Part shown: positions 23,610 to 32,965 of the stretch, piece after piece | Numbering within the stretch: the first letter of the stretch is position 1 | Layout: each line of letters begins with the position of its first letter | Program-made: the position numbers and the translations under genes | IMG/VR virus record: IMGVR_UViG_3300010384_000006 | DNA length: 58,629 nt | Source of the DNA: a virus | Direction: 5' to 3' (one strand) | Notes under the pieces: model-generated | The model's input: the letters and a program-made list of their open reading frames with translations, nothing else | Told to the model about the DNA's origin: nothing | Databases searched by the model: none

Positions 23610-23870
23610 GTGACACCAGTGTACCAGACAGCCCGCAAGCCGCGCACGATCCAGCCGGTGCCAAAGCCGGTGGAGAGCAAGGCGGAGCGGCACGTGCGCC
23701 GTACGGCGGAGTTGCAGGACCAGGGGGAGGCACTGGAGGAGCAGTTGGTGACGGCGCTCCGGAACGGGAACCGGACGTACGGGCACACGGTGCTGAGCCG
23801 GATGTTCGATCTCCGGTCGTCCTACCTGGATGTGATGGGACAGGGAACAGGGGAGGTGGCAGCGGACTGA
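23610..23870 (+). CDS. Hypothetical protein
   Basis: 86 aa. GTG start 8 nt after AAGGGAG. Confidence 0.5.
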   Translation: MTPVYQTARKPRTIQPVPKPVESKAERHVRRTAELQDQGEALEEQLVTALRNGNRTYGHTVLSRMFDLRSSYLDVMGQGTGEVAAD

Positions 23871-23922
23871 CGGGACCAGGAAACGGCAAACAGCACAGGC
23901 ACACAGAACAGGACATAATCCC

Positions 23923-24429
23923 ATGCTTCGATTCACTGGCGGCAATGCAGACGGCGGCAGCTTCACCCTCATTCCCGAGATGGACGACGTCCAGGTGACC
24001 TTCATCAAGGCGGAGACGCACACGCAGAATCCGAACCGGCTCAAGTTCATCTTCCGGATCGACGACTACGACGAAGACGAAGCACCGGAGGACATGCCGA
24101 ACATCATCGGCACCGATCACTGGGAGTCCGCCAATCGCCCGGCAGGACCGATCACGCCGCGCCACCGCCTGCACTTCCTTGTCTCCGGCCTGATTGGCCA
24201 CACGCTGCAGGATGGCGAAGACGTTGTGATCGAGGAGTTCTTCGGCAACCAGTACCGTGCCGATTTCAAGCACGTGCCGGCCCAGGTCGCCAATGGCGAC
24301 GGCTCGTTCAGCATCCGCAAGGATGAGAACAACAAGACGGTGATGAAGGCGCAGATCAGCCGCCTCAAGCCGATCAAGAAGGCGAAGACGGCGCGGAATG
24401 TCTTCCAGGAAGCGGAAGACGCGGCCTAG
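23923..24429 (+). CDS. Hypothetical replication-module protein (possibly DUF669-like)
   Basis: 168 aa ORF directly upstream of the primase gene. The family assignment is tentative. Confidence 0.5.
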   Translation: MLRFTGGNADGGSFTLIPEMDDVQVTFIKAETHTQNPNRLKFIFRIDDYDEDEAPEDMPNIIGTDHWESANRPAGPITPRHRLHFLVSGLIGHTLQDGEDVVIEEFFGNQYRADFKHVPAQVANGDGSFSIRKDENNKTVMKAQISRLKPIKKAKTARNVFQEAEDAA

Positions 24430-24509
24430 ATTCATCGGCGCGGTTGCGCCATCCCGGAGGCGGGTACCGTCTCGCCTCCGCAATGACGCAAGTGCAGCAG
24501 AGGGATTGC

Positions 24510-26843
24510 ATGATCACCGTTCGCGAGGCGTTCGACAACCTGGGGTTCACGCTCAAGGCCCATGAAACGGTGTGCATCGGCACGCTCACGAGCAACGGCG
24601 GATTCGTCCAGCAGTCGCTCGAGGATGCCGGATATGAGCCAGTCGGCACGAACCGGTACTACTCGACCGGGACGTTCAGGGCAGGAACGGATTTCACCGC
24701 GAAGAAGTCGCGGTCCGGCGAGCGCGTCTTGCGCATTCTCGAGCTGCCATTCGACTTTGACCTGAAGGACTTTCTCGGGGTCGACAAATCTGAACTCGTG
24801 GCCCTTGATGATGCCGAACTCGATGCCTACCTCGATGCACTCACGGCGACGGTAGAAACACGTTTCGCGGCCATGCGGTTGCCGATCCATCGTCTCGATC
24901 GCACGGGCTACGGGATCTCGGCGCACGTGGAACTCCCACCGCACGAACGTGCTGCCGTGGAGCACCTGCGCAAGCTGCATGCGGCCATCGTAAATCGCAT
25001 TAACCAGGAGTTCGGTGGAACCCTTGCCGATGCCCAGGTGAAGGACGCCGGTTCACGGGTCATGCGCCTGGTTCCGTGCGAGAACGTCTACGTTGACCTC
25101 AAGACGGGCGAGGTCGCCCGCCCCCGCCATTCCAAGACGGTCTACCGCAAGCAAGCCTATGTAGATCAGGCGATCCTAGAAGCTGCGGCTCAGGAAATCG
25201 TCTGGAAGGCGACCGGCAAGAATGCCTTCCGCGAAGGTGGGAAGCTGGCGCCGGAAGACATGGCCGCGATCGTGGACGCCTATGGACCCTACCATCAGGC
25301 GGGCGTCAAGCATTTCATGGGCCTGGCGGTCTCCGGGCAGCTCGCCAAGGCGGGCGTCGCTGAAGCGCAGGCGATCGAGATTGTCGAACGCCTCTCCGCT
25401 GGCGACAACAAGCCATGGGATCGCGTGAAGGCCGTTCACGACACGTACGAGAAGCTGCGCGGTGGGACGGATGTCACCGGATACTACGTGCTCAGAACGA
25501 TTGTCCCGGAGTCAGTGATCGAAACCGTGAGCACCGTCCTCCAGAAGGTCGCGCCGAAAGGACCAACGCTGATCTTCTCGCGAGAGCGCGAAAGCGCATC
25601 CAAGAACGATAACGTCGTTTCATTCCGGCCACCGTTGCCTCCCGAGAAGGCGTTCTATGGATGGCACGGCCACTGGCGCGACCTCGTCTCACCGACGACG
25701 ACGGCCGCTGACGCCTTTCACCTCGCCGCGTCCACGACGTTCCAGGCCGCGAACATGGGCCGCAAGATCGCCACGGTCTATGCCGGTGGCAACATTTTCC
25801 CCAACCAGTACGCACTGGCGGTTGGACCAACAGGGAACTCTTTCAAGGACACAGCACATCATCGAACAGTCGAGATGATCGATCACGCACAGTTGATTCT
25901 GGGAACGTCACGGGTACTCAACCATCCCTTTTGGGATCAAGAAGATATTGCCTCCCGAGAAGCGCTCGTTAAGCTGATGGCCCAACACTCAAACGTCTAC
26001 CTTTTTTCGTCCGAGATCGTTGCCCTTTTCAAGAATGCGAATCGTGAATCAACATCAACACTGCTCGATGCGTTGATTCGGGTCTGGGACTCCCCGCGAA
26101 TGCTCCAAAACAACTCGCTCGCAGCGCAGCAGGGTGATGGATCGATTGCCCGAAATCCCTGCCTGAATATCTATGGTGGGATTCAGCCGCACCGATTGTC
26201 GCGCGAGATGACCGAGACGATGATCACGTCCGGTCTTGGCAATCGCATGGCGTTCTTCATGGGCGTCGCCAAGGGCAAGATGTCACGCACGCCGAAGATC
26301 GACAAACGGGCCGCTGGCGAACTCTATCTCGACCTGCACGGACGGATCACGAACGACTACCGCGATGGCGCGGAAGTCGAGCTCGACCACGATGCCGGCG
26401 CCCTGTACGACGCCTGGTACATGGCCCAGGAAGAGGAAGACGACGAACTCGCCAACGACATGAAGGTCCGGCATGGCGTGCTCATCCACAAGTGGGCACT
26501 CATGTTCGCCGTGTCAGACAGCGCCCAGGACATCCAAGGCGCGCACATGGAAGCCGCCATCGAACTGTGTGACTGGATGTGGAAATGCATCAAGTCCGTC
26601 TTCCCGACCTGGGGAGCGAGTGAGGAGCGTCGGATCGAGGAGCGAATCCTCACCGTCCTGGAGCAGCGTCAGCCAATGCTCAAGCGAGACCTGAACCGGT
26701 ACGTCCGGGGTAAATGGACCGCTCGTGAGTTCGCGTCCGTCTTCCGGGCGATGAAGGAGAACCACCAGATCGCGCTCTCAGCGGATGACCGGTACGTCGC
26801 GCTCTCCGACTTCATCTTCCAGCAGAAGGAAGGTGCAGCGTGA
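24510..26843 (+). CDS. Primase-polymerase (AEP) fused to a DUF3987 helicase-like domain; start uncertain (24444/24483/24510)
   Basis: AEP-like motifs ELPFDFDLK, GYGISAHVEL and RVMRLVPCEN. C-terminal LFSSEIVALFK...VWDSPRML...IYGGIQP...GLGNRMAFF resembles DUF3987. Confidence 0.65.
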   Translation: MITVREAFDNLGFTLKAHETVCIGTLTSNGGFVQQSLEDAGYEPVGTNRYYSTGTFRAGTDFTAKKSRSGERVLRILELPFDFDLKDFLGVDKSELVALDDAELDAYLDALTATVETRFAAMRLPIHRLDRTGYGISAHVELPPHERAAVEHLRKLHAAIVNRINQEFGGTLADAQVKDAGSRVMRLVPCENVYVDLKTGEVARPRHSKTVYRKQAYVDQAILEAAAQEIVWKATGKNAFREGGKLAPEDMAAIVDAYGPYHQAGVKHFMGLAVSGQLAKAGVAEAQAIEIVERLSAGDNKPWDRVKAVHDTYEKLRGGTDVTGYYVLRTIVPESVIETVSTVLQKVAPKGPTLIFSRERESASKNDNVVSFRPPLPPEKAFYGWHGHWRDLVSPTTTAADAFHLAASTTFQAANMGRKIATVYAGGNIFPNQYALAVGPTGNSFKDTAHHRTVEMIDHAQLILGTSRVLNHPFWDQEDIASREALVKLMAQHSNVYLFSSEIVALFKNANRESTSTLLDALIRVWDSPRMLQNNSLAAQQGDGSIARNPCLNIYGGIQPHRLSREMTETMITSGLGNRMAFFMGVAKGKMSRTPKIDKRAAGELYLDLHGRITNDYRDGAEVELDHDAGALYDAWYMAQEEEDDELANDMKVRHGVLIHKWALMFAVSDSAQDIQGAHMEAAIELCDWMWKCIKSVFPTWGASEERRIEERILTVLEQRQPMLKRDLNRYVRGKWTAREFASVFRAMKENHQIALSADDRYVALSDFIFQQKEGAA

Positions 26844-27111
26844 TTGTCGAAATGTCGAAGCGTGTCGAAGAACCATTTTCGACACCAGAAAACCGCATAA
26901 CGGCGCGGAAATCTACCCCGTTTCAGAAGTTTGTCGAAGTGTCGAAGCCTTCCGGGGGAATCGCACGGGATCACCCGTTGACCGGAAACCCTTCGACACT
27001 TCGACACCACCCTGAAAAACCACCAAATCCCCCGTAACGGCGCGGATTTCACATGTCGAAGAATCGGTTTCGACAACCTTCGACATTTCGACAACTGACC
27101 ACACGTTGACC
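26843..27111. repeat. Iteron cluster, putative origin of replication
   Basis: TGTCGAA at 26845, 26853, 26863, 26932, 26940 and 27054. Inverted TTCGACA at 26878, 26992, 27000, 27069, 27079 and 27087. Also duplicated taacggcgcgga and cgttgacc. GC is locally lower. Confidence 0.7.
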
Positions 27112-27180
27112 AGGCCCTTCTCCTGATTCAAAGGACAGAAGGAAAGGGCTAGCGATAGCGCTGTCCTTTGGAGGGTGAGC

Positions 27181-27795
27181 ATGAAGATCGAACGTGGCGT
27201 CCGGCTTGATCCGGCAATGGAACACACACCAGTGAACAAAGACGCACCGAAAGCGCCGGTTCGGTTCATTCGCGAACGTGGGCAAACGTATTTTCGCGTT
27301 GTGCGTTGCCCGTATTGCGGTGGGGAGCATCGTCATGGTGGCGTCGACCACCACCAGATCGATCCTCGTACGATGCTCGGTGGACGTGTCGCCCATTGTG
27401 ACGCCGAGACGGATCATCCGTTCGGACTTGCGGAATACCGCCTCATCCAGATCACTGGGCATGCCTCGCGCGCGGAGTTGGATGAGTACTTCCCGATGGT
27501 TGATGGGGCAACGCGTCTTTGCCCATCACGTAGGGGTATCCCTGCAGCGCTGAGACACGAGGTTTGGTTGAAGTCCAGCGGAGTCTGCTTCTACTGCGGC
27601 AAGCAGACCACGCCGTTCGCGACCTTCTGTGTCGACCATTTCGTCCCCGTCGCCCACGGCGGAACGAATGACCTGGAGAACCTGGTCCCGGCATGCCGGA
27701 AGTGCAATGGCATGAAGGCCGATCTCGACATCGAAGATTTCCGCGATCGATTCCCTGGACACCGGTTCTGGTTCGATGGGCAGGGGATCGGCTAA
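27181..27795 (+). CDS. HNH endonuclease with N-terminal zinc ribbon
   Basis: GGAGGG RBS. CPYCGGEHRH, then CFYCG...DHFVPVAHGGTNDLENLVPACRKCNGMK. Confidence 0.8.
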   Translation: MKIERGVRLDPAMEHTPVNKDAPKAPVRFIRERGQTYFRVVRCPYCGGEHRHGGVDHHQIDPRTMLGGRVAHCDAETDHPFGLAEYRLIQITGHASRAELDEYFPMVDGATRLCPSRRGIPAALRHEVWLKSSGVCFYCGKQTTPFATFCVDHFVPVAHGGTNDLENLVPACRKCNGMKADLDIEDFRDRFPGHRFWFDGQGIG

Positions 27796-28130
27796 TGACC
27801 ACCATCCCCCTCGACCTCGAAATCCAACGATTTCTCAAAGCGGCAGACAACGCCGCCACGGCCACCGAAGACGGCCAGCGGTTCGCAACGCGGTCGTTCC
27901 TCGTCAAGCGCGCGACGGCTCTCCGTGCCCGGCGTGACGCTCTCCGGGAGCGCCTGGAGATCGGCTGGGCATGGCTTGCCGAGAATCCGGACGATCCCGA
28001 CCACGCCGAGAACGAGGATCGCTTCATCGCCTGGACGACCGATTACGAACGTATCTGCGACGCTCTGAACGAAGGGCTGGCGCGTTGGCTCGGGACCAAG
28101 CGCAACGAGCCGCGCCGGGAGGCAGCGTGA
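27795..28130 (+). CDS. Hypothetical protein
   Basis: Internal ATG (residue 35) of ORF 27693-28130, overlapping the upstream stop (TAATG). Confidence 0.5.
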   Translation: MTTIPLDLEIQRFLKAADNAATATEDGQRFATRSFLVKRATALRARRDALRERLEIGWAWLAENPDDPDHAENEDRFIAWTTDYERICDALNEGLARWLGTKRNEPRREAA

Positions 28131-28714
28131 TGGCGATCACCCTCGGCGGCACGGCGCTCGGCACCGCGCAGATTGCCCTGCCGCTCGTCACGAGTCCGCT
28201 CACGCCGGATCAGGTCGCGTTTCGGGTCGATCGCCTCAAGGACGATGCCACGACATGCTGGTCCTGCATGGCGCGGGCAGCCTCCCTCGCCCGGCGTCGC
28301 CACGCGCTCATGACTGTCCTCATGGACGCCGCGCACCGAGACCATCCTGAGCGGCGCGAGTACCTCCGGCGCTGCGTCCAGATCGAGCTGGATATGCGCC
28401 AAACGCTCGTCAGTGCCGCGTCCGTCGAACGCTGGGCCGACACGACCTGGCACGCCCTCACACCCGCCCAGCGAACCGGCCCGGCAGCCGAGGCGTGGGA
28501 CGTAGCGCCGACGTGCGAAAGCCTTTGCGCCGTCGTCTGGACGGTCTGGCCGCCCTTCAGCTGGCCGGAAGGCTTCGCCTGGGAGGACGAGGTCGGCCAC
28601 CTCGGCAGCATGGACATCGCGCTCTGGCTGCAGGCGACCGGCAAGAGCCCACCGAATCCGCCGCGACTGGGACCGGCACTGCAGCTCGCGATTGACGAAG
28701 GGATGAACGTATGA
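28130..28714 (+). CDS. Hypothetical protein
   Basis: Internal ATG (residue 54) of ORF 27971-28714, TGATG-coupled. Confidence 0.5.
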   Translation: MAITLGGTALGTAQIALPLVTSPLTPDQVAFRVDRLKDDATTCWSCMARAASLARRRHALMTVLMDAAHRDHPERREYLRRCVQIELDMRQTLVSAASVERWADTTWHALTPAQRTGPAAEAWDVAPTCESLCAVVWTVWPPFSWPEGFAWEDEVGHLGSMDIALWLQATGKSPPNPPRLGPALQLAIDEGMNV

Positions 28715-28884
28715 CGGACGAACAGTTTCTCCAGGATCTCAAGATTCAGTCTGGTATCGAACAGGCAATTTCTGGGTTGGTGAACATGGCGGTTTTGCTG
28801 CATCGCTACTACGCGGCGCTGAAAGACGAGGGATTCACACCGCAGCAGGCGATGTCAATCGTCCTCGACTTCCAGCGGCAGTAA
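28711..28884 (+). CDS. Small hypothetical protein (57 aa, absent from the ORF track)
   Basis: ATGA-coupled to the upstream gene. Translates as MTDEQFLQDLKIQSGIEQAISGLVNMAVLLHRYYAALKDEGFTPQQAMSIVLDFQRQ. Confidence 0.45.
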   Translation: MTDEQFLQDLKIQSGIEQAISGLVNMAVLLHRYYAALKDEGFTPQQAMSIVLDFQRQ

Positions 28885-28901
28885 TTTGGAGGTGAGAAGA
28901 A

Positions 28902-29027
28902 ATGAGCCAGCAGCAGCCCAATGACCGGATCTCCCGCATCGAAGCCAAGCTCGACGCGATTCTCGCGGCCCTCCGCCGCTCCGGCATCGTGCCGCCAACG
29001 CAGGGCGGCGAGGAGACCCCGCAATGA
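28902..29027 (+). CDS. Small hypothetical protein (41 aa, absent from the ORF track)
   Basis: GGAGGTGAG RBS. Stop overlaps the next start (ATGA at 29024). Confidence 0.4.
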   Translation: MSQQQPNDRISRIEAKLDAILAALRRSGIVPPTQGGEETPQ

Positions 29028-29443
29028 CCAGTCTGATCCCGTGGACGCGCGAGCAGTCTCTCGCCATCGTCACCGCGCAGATCGAGCGCAACCGGGCTGC
29101 CGACGCTGATCGGCTGGATGCTCGCAATGCCCGGATCGTCGCGGCTGTGGAGGCAGGGGCAACGTACGCGTGTGTCGCCGAATCGATGGACCTGACACCG
29201 GCGATTGTCGCCAAGGTCGTCGCCCGCTACGCGCCGCATCTTCACGAGGTGATCCGCGAGCGCAACCACCGACGGCGACCGAACGGCCATCTCTCCGAGC
29301 GCAACGAGGCCATCATCACCGAGATCGAGATGGGCGCGAGCTACCGGGAGGCGGCGCTGCAGTTTGGCATGACGGTGGACGCGGTACGGCAGGTCCTTGC
29401 CCGGCATGCGCCGCACCTGATGGTGAGCAGGAGGGCGGCATGA
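29024..29443 (+). CDS. DNA-binding protein with an internally duplicated HTH module
   Basis: Two units: IVAAVEAGATYACVAESMDLTPAIVAKVVARYAPHL and IITEIEMGASYREAALQFGMTVDAVRQVLARHAPHL. Confidence 0.55.
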   Translation: MTSLIPWTREQSLAIVTAQIERNRAADADRLDARNARIVAAVEAGATYACVAESMDLTPAIVAKVVARYAPHLHEVIRERNHRRRPNGHLSERNEAIITEIEMGASYREAALQFGMTVDAVRQVLARHAPHLMVSRRAA

Positions 29444-29679
29444 TCCCCACTGGCACCGTCACGACGACCAAACGCAAGTCCCAGCGCACCTGGCTGACCG
29501 AGACCGATCTGCGGGACGGCGGGGGCGCGCAGCCAGTCGTCCTGGCCGTTGGCAGCCCGGAGGCTGCGGAGGCGATCCAGCGGGTGGCCCTGCTGGTGAT
29601 GGATCGCAAGCGCAACCGGCAGGCCCAGATGCCCGGCGTCTCCGGGCGGGCGACGCTGCCACGGAAGGAGGAGGCATGA
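29440..29679 (+). CDS. Hypothetical protein
   Basis: Internal ATG (residue 91) of ORF 29170-29679, ATGA-coupled. Confidence 0.45.
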   Translation: MIPTGTVTTTKRKSQRTWLTETDLRDGGGAQPVVLAVGSPEAAEAIQRVALLVMDRKRNRQAQMPGVSGRATLPRKEEA

Positions 29680-29969
29680 GCACGCGGACTCCCCGGCTCC
29701 CGGCGAAATCGGAGTTCGGCACGGTGCTCCTCGCACTGATCGCGGAGCGGGGATGGACGTACACCCAGGCGGCCGCAGCACTGGGCATCGATCAGAGCTA
29801 CATCTCCCGGTTGGTGCGCGGCTCACGGCATCCGCACGTGGGGCTGATCTGCCGGATGTGTACCGTCTTCGCCCTCAGTGACGTGGCGACGGTCCGGCTC
29901 TACCGCATGGCTGGGCATCTGCCCGCGGATATTGCCCGCCGCATCATTGATGCCCTGGAGGCGGCATGA
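29676..29969 (+). CDS. XRE-family HTH protein
   Basis: 97 aa. WTYTQAAAALGIDQSYISRLVRG. Confidence 0.6.
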   Translation: MSTRTPRLPAKSEFGTVLLALIAERGWTYTQAAAALGIDQSYISRLVRGSRHPHVGLICRMCTVFALSDVATVRLYRMAGHLPADIARRIIDALEAA

Positions 29970-31000
29970 CTCTTCGCAGCCCCTATCCCTACTTTGGGAC
30001 GAAGCGCAAGATCGCCCCGCTCATCTGGGAGCGTTTCGGCAACGTCAGCAACTTCGTCGACCCGTTCTTTGGCAGTAACGCGGTCCTGCTTGCCCGTCCC
30101 GACGAGCACCGGTGGTGGGACAAGATCGAGACCGTCAACGACGCCGATGGCGCTGTCTGTAATTTCTGGCGGGCGGTCAAGGCCGACCCGGAGGCGGTCG
30201 CGCACTATGCCGACTGGCCGGTGATCGAGAGCGACCTGCACGCTCGGAACATCGCCTGCATCAACGCCTACAACAGCATTGTGGCACGCCTGGAGGGTGA
30301 CCCGGAATGGTACGACGCCAAGCTGGCCGGATGGTGGGTGTGGGGCGTGAGCGGAACGATCGGAGGGGCGGGTGTGTTTGGGCGCCCGGTCGGCCCGTGG
30401 CAGAGCGTGGATGGCTTGATGACCAACACCGGGATGCCGGGAGTTGGCGCTTGGCGCCAACTCCCCAGTCTTTCCGTCCGTGGCACTGGCGTCCACCGAG
30501 TGATCGATCTTGCTGCGGATGCTCGTCACGATGTCCAGCGGACCGACGCGCTCACCGCGTGGATGGCGGCCCTTGGGGATCGCATGCGCCACGTCCGGAT
30601 CTGCTGCGGTGATTGGACCCGTGTCACGGGCGATTCGATCACCACCAAGAATCGAGGAGTCTCAGGACCGACTGCTGTGCTGCTTGATCCACCGTATGAC
30701 CATGAATTGCGCGACGGGACGATCTACAAGCATGAAATGCAGTGCGCCGCTGACGTTCGCAAGTGGGCAGTCGATCGCGGCAGCGACCCCAAGATGCGGA
30801 TCGCTCTCTGTGGCTACACCGATGAGCACGCCATGCCGGATGGCTGGACGGTCCTGCGGTGGAAAGGCGAGCGTGGCTACGCCAGCAAGGAGCGCGATGG
30901 CGGGCCGAACCACCACCGCGAAACGATCTGGTTCTCTCCGCATTGCCTCAAGCCCGAAATCACCGACCTGCCGCTCTTCGCCGATTTGGAGATTGCATGA
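29966..31000 (+). CDS. N6-adenine DNA methyltransferase (Dam/D12 class)
   Basis: YPYFGTKRKIA, DPFFGSNAV (motif I-like), LLDPPY (motif IV). Confidence 0.8.
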   Translation: MTLRSPYPYFGTKRKIAPLIWERFGNVSNFVDPFFGSNAVLLARPDEHRWWDKIETVNDADGAVCNFWRAVKADPEAVAHYADWPVIESDLHARNIACINAYNSIVARLEGDPEWYDAKLAGWWVWGVSGTIGGAGVFGRPVGPWQSVDGLMTNTGMPGVGAWRQLPSLSVRGTGVHRVIDLAADARHDVQRTDALTAWMAALGDRMRHVRICCGDWTRVTGDSITTKNRGVSGPTAVLLDPPYDHELRDGTIYKHEMQCAADVRKWAVDRGSDPKMRIALCGYTDEHAMPDGWTVLRWKGERGYASKERDGGPNHHRETIWFSPHCLKPEITDLPLFADLEIA

Positions 31001-31260
31001 CGGCACAACGTTCGGAGGTCGCCAGGGCTCCAGCGAATCTCTACTGCTACGCCCATCTCCCGGACGGCCAAGTGCTGATGGCGCCCCACACCATCACGGA
31101 TCCGGAGCTGATGTGGGAAGAGATCGCGGCGAACAACCTGCGCAACCGCGCAATCCGGGAGGGCACGCATGCCACAGGACCAGACCCTCAACCCGACCCT
31201 GATGCGCCTGGCCGCGATCGAGGAGCGGATGGCAAGACTGGAGACGAGATCAATGACTGA
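30997..31260 (+). CDS. Hypothetical protein
   Basis: Internal ATG (residue 47) of ORF 30859-31260, ATGA-coupled to the methyltransferase. Confidence 0.45.
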   Translation: MTAQRSEVARAPANLYCYAHLPDGQVLMAPHTITDPELMWEEIAANNLRNRAIREGTHATGPDPQPDPDAPGRDRGADGKTGDEIND

Positions 31261-31648
31261 CGTGCAACAGCGGATCGGTGAGTGGGGAGACAAGACGTTC
31301 CCAACGTCATCGATCGCCAGCATCACTGACCATCTCGCCGACGAGATTGACGAGTTATGGCAATCGCTGAACCATCCCGATCTCATGGCCGAGGAGGCCG
31401 CTGATTGCGCGATCCTGCTTTTCCAGCTCGCGCACCATGCCAGATTCGATCTCCTCGCCGAGGTCGAGCGCAAGTTTGCGATCAACCGATCTCGGACGTG
31501 GGGCGAGCCGGACGAGCGCGGTGTTGTCAAGCATGTGGAGGTACGAGATGGACGCGCTGTGGTACCTGGCCGGGCTGATCTCCGGCATTGCGCTGACGGT
31601 GATTGCACTGTGGTCGCTGGTGATGAGCGTGGGGAGGCGGGACGATGA
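31253..31648 (+). CDS. MazG-like nucleotide pyrophosphohydrolase
   Basis: Start at MTDVQQRIGEW (residue 29 of ORF 31169-31648). HLADEIDEL...EEAADCAILLFQLA...KFAINRSRTW pattern. Confidence 0.6.
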   Translation: MTDVQQRIGEWGDKTFPTSSIASITDHLADEIDELWQSLNHPDLMAEEAADCAILLFQLAHHARFDLLAEVERKFAINRSRTWGEPDERGVVKHVEVRDGRAVVPGRADLRHCADGDCTVVAGDERGEAGR

Positions 31649-31652
31649 GTGA
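31548..31652 (+). CDS. Possible 34-aa single-TM peptide overlapping the MazG 3' end
   Basis: GGAGG 6 nt before the ATG. Translates as MDALWYLAGLISGIALTVIALWSLVMSVGRRDDE. Confidence 0.3.
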   Translation: MDALWYLAGLISGIALTVIALWSLVMSVGRRDDE

Positions 31653-31929
31653 GCAGGAAGCACGCCGCTACCTTAGCGACCTGGAGCGCGGTGGTGCCGG
31701 ACGCGTGACGGGAATCCGGACCGCGTTCATGGAGTTCAGCCCGCGCACGGGCTACCGGCTCCGGATCACTGATGCCGCGATGGCATCCAAGCGCCGAGAA
31801 GTCCCGACCTACGTGGTCCCAGCGCCGTGGACGCCGGTCCTGCACGAGCGCAACGCGACCTGGTACGTCTGCCCCGACCTTCTTGCCGCCCAGGCGGCGC
31901 TTGGCTTTACCCCGGAGGAATTCGCATGA
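31645..31929 (+). CDS. Hypothetical protein
   Basis: 94 aa ORF, ATGA-coupled. Confidence 0.5.
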   Translation: MSEQEARRYLSDLERGGAGRVTGIRTAFMEFSPRTGYRLRITDAAMASKRREVPTYVVPAPWTPVLHERNATWYVCPDLLAAQAALGFTPEEFA

Positions 31930-32414
31930 CCCACCAACTTTCCCCGGCCCAGGTGGCCGCTGTGGTTGCGCAGAACCGCGAACTGAAGGCCGAGAACGAG
32001 GCGCTGAAAGGACGGACGGTGCCAGGCAACCAGGCTGACTACGACCTGCCAGCCGACGTGCTGGCGCGGGCGGCGGAGGCAGTCCACAACGCGAGCGTGT
32101 TTGCGGGGTGTGATTGCGACATCTGCAAGGGAGAGGCCCTATCTGCCGTCCGCGCCGCACTGCCCGTGCTTGCCCCGGCGCTGCGAGCTGAGGCAATCCG
32201 GGATGCGCGTCTCTATCTGCTGGATCGGTGGAGACACGGCGAACCCATCAACGAGGATTTGTTCGGCGAATTTGTTACCGACGCGCAGTTTGGCGGTGCG
32301 ATCCGTCCCGTGGACATGGCGTTTACCGCGAACGAATGGCTGACCAAGATGGAAGAGGCAGAGCGCAAGCACATCCCCGCCGCCGAGGAGCGGGAAAGCG
32401 AGGGTGCGCGATGA
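31926..32414 (+). CDS. Hypothetical protein
   Basis: Internal ATG (residue 34) of ORF 31827-32414, ATGA-coupled. Confidence 0.5.
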   Translation: MTHQLSPAQVAAVVAQNRELKAENEALKGRTVPGNQADYDLPADVLARAAEAVHNASVFAGCDCDICKGEALSAVRAALPVLAPALRAEAIRDARLYLLDRWRHGEPINEDLFGEFVTDAQFGGAIRPVDMAFTANEWLTKMEEAERKHIPAAEERESEGAR

Positions 32415-32965
32415 AGGTCCTGATCGCCTGTGAATTCTCGGGCATCGTCCGGGATGCCTTCATCGCCCGTGGGCACGACGCCATCTCCTGCGACCTGCTG
32501 CCGTCCGAGCGACCTGGCCCGCACTACCAGGGAGACGTGCGGGACATCCTTGCTGATGGCTGGGATCTGATGGTGGCCCACCCACCCTGCACCCACCTCG
32601 CCATCTCCGGAGCCCGCTGGTTCAAGGACAAGCAGGCCGAGCAGGCCGAGGCACTGGAGTTCGTGCGAACGTTGCTCGTTGCTCCGATCCCGAAGATCGC
32701 CCTGGAAAACCCGGTCAGCATCATCAGCAGCCGGATTCGCAAGCCCGACCAGATCATCCAGCCCTGGCAGCACGGTCACGGCGAGGTGAAGCGCACCTGC
32801 CTGTGGCTGAAGAACCTGCCCCTCCTGGTGCCGACCAACATCGTGGAGGGACGGGAAGCGCGAGTCCACCGGATGCCACCGGGACCGGACCGATGGCGCG
32901 AACGATCCCGAACCTTCCCCGGAATCGCGGCCGCAATGGCCGAGCAATGGAGCGAACCCCGATGA
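32411..32965 (+). CDS. Short C5-cytosine DNA methyltransferase-like protein
   Basis: Internal ATG (residue 62) of ORF 32228-32965. VLIACEFSG (motif I-like), AHPPCT (motif IV PC), LENP (motif VI). Confidence 0.6.
   Translation: MKVLIACEFSGIVRDAFIARGHDAISCDLLPSERPGPHYQGDVRDILADGWDLMVAHPPCTHLAISGARWFKDKQAEQAEALEFVRTLLVAPIPKIALENPVSIISSRIRKPDQIIQPWQHGHGEVKRTCLWLKNLPLLVPTNIVEGREARVHRMPPGPDRWRERSRTFPGIAAAMAEQWSEPR

Noticed and set aside
26840-27037. 65-aa ORF (MIVEMSKRVEE...) after the primase gene
   Set aside because: The reading frame is generated by the TGTCGAA iterons (repeated SK/VE). It is better explained as origin DNA.
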